DNA of 37,465 bases from a virus (lineage: Duplodnaviria > Caudoviricetes): IMG/VR virus record IMGVR_UViG_3300025608_000045, positions 1 to 37,465 of that record; one strand, 5' to 3'. Shown piece after piece: positions 36,507-37,465 of this stretch. The notes under the pieces were generated by a model. The model searched no databases and was not told the origin of the DNA. It was given only the letters and a program-made list of their open reading frames with translations. How positions within the stretch are numbered: the first letter of the stretch is position 1; the number at the start of each line of letters is the position of its first letter. Both the position numbers and the translations under genes were made by a program.

Positions 36507-37465
36507 ATGAACATTAAGACATTTAACACATGGCTGAAAGAGGCCAACGAAGTGGCTCAGCCTGTTGTAAAAACTGACATCACAACAGATGTCAACACTA
36601 TTATTAACTCACTAGAAACACTTGCAACTGAATTAACTGAAGAACTTTCAGAAATCGAAGATCACAATCAAGTCGAAGAGGGTGCTGGAGATTTTATTAA
36701 ATCATGGATCACAAGTATGAAAGCTGCTAAATCACAGCAGAAGGTTAATAAAATTAAGATGAATGCTGCAGATTTAGAGTTTGCTGCAGATAAAGCAGAA
36801 GGTGATAAAAAGAAGGCACTTAATGACAAATTACCTAAGGTAAAATTACAAGCAACTGAACTTCAAAAGATGGTTGACGATAAATTTAGCGGAAAAGGAG
36901 ATATTGTCGACAGAAAGCTTTCTAAAGAAAAAATCAAAGGTCAACTTGAAGTCATCAAAAGAACTACTGGTATGGAAGATGATCCAAAGAAAAAAGCTGA
37001 TTTGAAAACAAAAATGAAGGAGCTTGCCCAAAGAGCTAAAGAAGAAGAATCTGCAATTAACGACTTAGAAGATAAAAACGGAGAGGCTATTGAGGCTGAA
37101 AAGAAAAGGTTAGCTGATGAAAAAGCTAAGAAAGACGGAACTGATACTGGCACAGACAAGAAAGCTGAAGGAGAAGGAGAAGGAACTCCTGAAGAAGAAG
37201 CTAAGAAAAAGGCAGCAGAAGAAGAAGCTAAGAAAAAGGCAGAGGCTGAACAGGCTGAAAAAGAAAGAGTTGCAGGATTAACAGACGAAGAAAGAGCAGC
37301 AGAAGAAGAAGCTAAGAAAAAGGCAGCGGCTGAAGAAGAAGCTAAGAAAAAGGCAGAAGAAGAAGAAGCTAAGAAAAAGGCAGAGGCTGAACAGGCTGAA
37401 AAAGAAAGACTTGCAGGATTAACAGACGAAGAAAGAGCAGCAGAAGAAGCAGCTAAGAAAAAGGC
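36507..37465 (+). CDS. Late protein with E/K/A-rich helical repeats (3' truncated; absent from the ORF track)
   Basis: ATG 36507 (MNIKTFNTWLKEANE...) stays open to the window end. The C-terminal part has EEEAKKKA repeats. Confidence 0.85.
   Translation, partial: MNIKTFNTWLKEANEVAQPVVKTDITTDVNTIINSLETLATELTEELSEIEDHNQVEEGAGDFIKSWITSMKAAKSQQKVNKIKMNAADLEFAADKAEGDKKKALNDKLPKVKLQATELQKMVDDKFSGKGDIVDRKLSKEKIKGQLEVIKRTTGMEDDPKKKADLKTKMKELAQRAKEEESAINDLEDKNGEAIEAEKKRLADEKAKKDGTDTGTDKKAEGEGEGTPEEEAKKKAAEEEAKKKAEAEQAEKERVAGLTDEERAAEEEAKKKAAAEEEAKKKAEEEEAKKKAEAEQAEKERLAGLTDEERAAEEAAKKK
37191..37465 (+). repeat. Coding tandem repeats: gaagaagaagctaagaaaaaggc units within a 141-nt higher-order repeat
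   Basis: EEEAKKKA-like units x6. EAEQAEKER[V/L]AGLTDEERAA occurs at 37242 and 37383. Confidence 0.9.

Noticed and set aside
209-37159. All minus-strand ORFs in the track (e.g. 2563-2895, 3373-3750, 21299-21706, 29108-29440, 36941-37159)
   Set aside because: They are almost all antisense shadows of well-supported + strand genes. They are Ser/Phe/Leu-rich with no motifs and have no minus-strand promoters.
37191-37465. CRISPR-like array
   Set aside because: The repeats are in-frame coding units with irregular, repeated inter-unit sequence and no unique spacers or cas genes.
1-37465. Stop-codon reassignment, as in some large Bacteroidota phages
   Set aside because: Conserved genes are full length in code 11. 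TAG (22674, 27278) and TGA (8985, 22096) terminate genes at expected positions.

Overview
This is an AT-rich, gene-dense segment of a large T4-like (Tevenvirinae-style) myovirus, with every credible gene on the + strand and the standard genetic code. A-rich, Shine-Dalgarno-free translation starts and a TAnnTTT(A)-type element suggest a Bacteroidota (Flavobacteria-like) host, which is inference. The gene order is: ligase-like/nucleotidyltransferase and putative internal-head proteins (1-4952); a cytidylyltransferase, RmlB and small ORFs (5039-7622); a nucleotide/DNA-modification cluster (7650-12919); then replication and recombination genes (split B-family polymerase, NrdB/NrdA, putative sliding clamp, UvsX, 2OG oxygenase, gp41, gp33-like, gp47/gp46). 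The late genes follow (gp15-like, gp55 sigma, gp4, gp2, portal gp20, a gp21 protease-scaffold fusion, MCP gp23) and a truncated E/K/A-repeat protein ends the window. The modification cluster holds a DUF6378-like protein, a T4 beta-glucosyltransferase-like/SGNH-like protein, myo-inositol-phosphate synthase, a HAD phosphatase, a FkbM methyltransferase, an aGPT-Pplase/amino-acid:DNA-transferase-like enzyme and a gp56-like dCTPase/dUTPase. It is the best candidate for a new system: inositol-based, probably replication-coupled DNA base hypermodification. Two of its enzymes end in the same xxLF clamp-binding-like tail as the polymerase. Two recurrent promoter classes are visible, (T/G)AAAC-N17-TATAA(T/C) and GATATATA. 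All family calls come from motif recognition by eye, not database searches.
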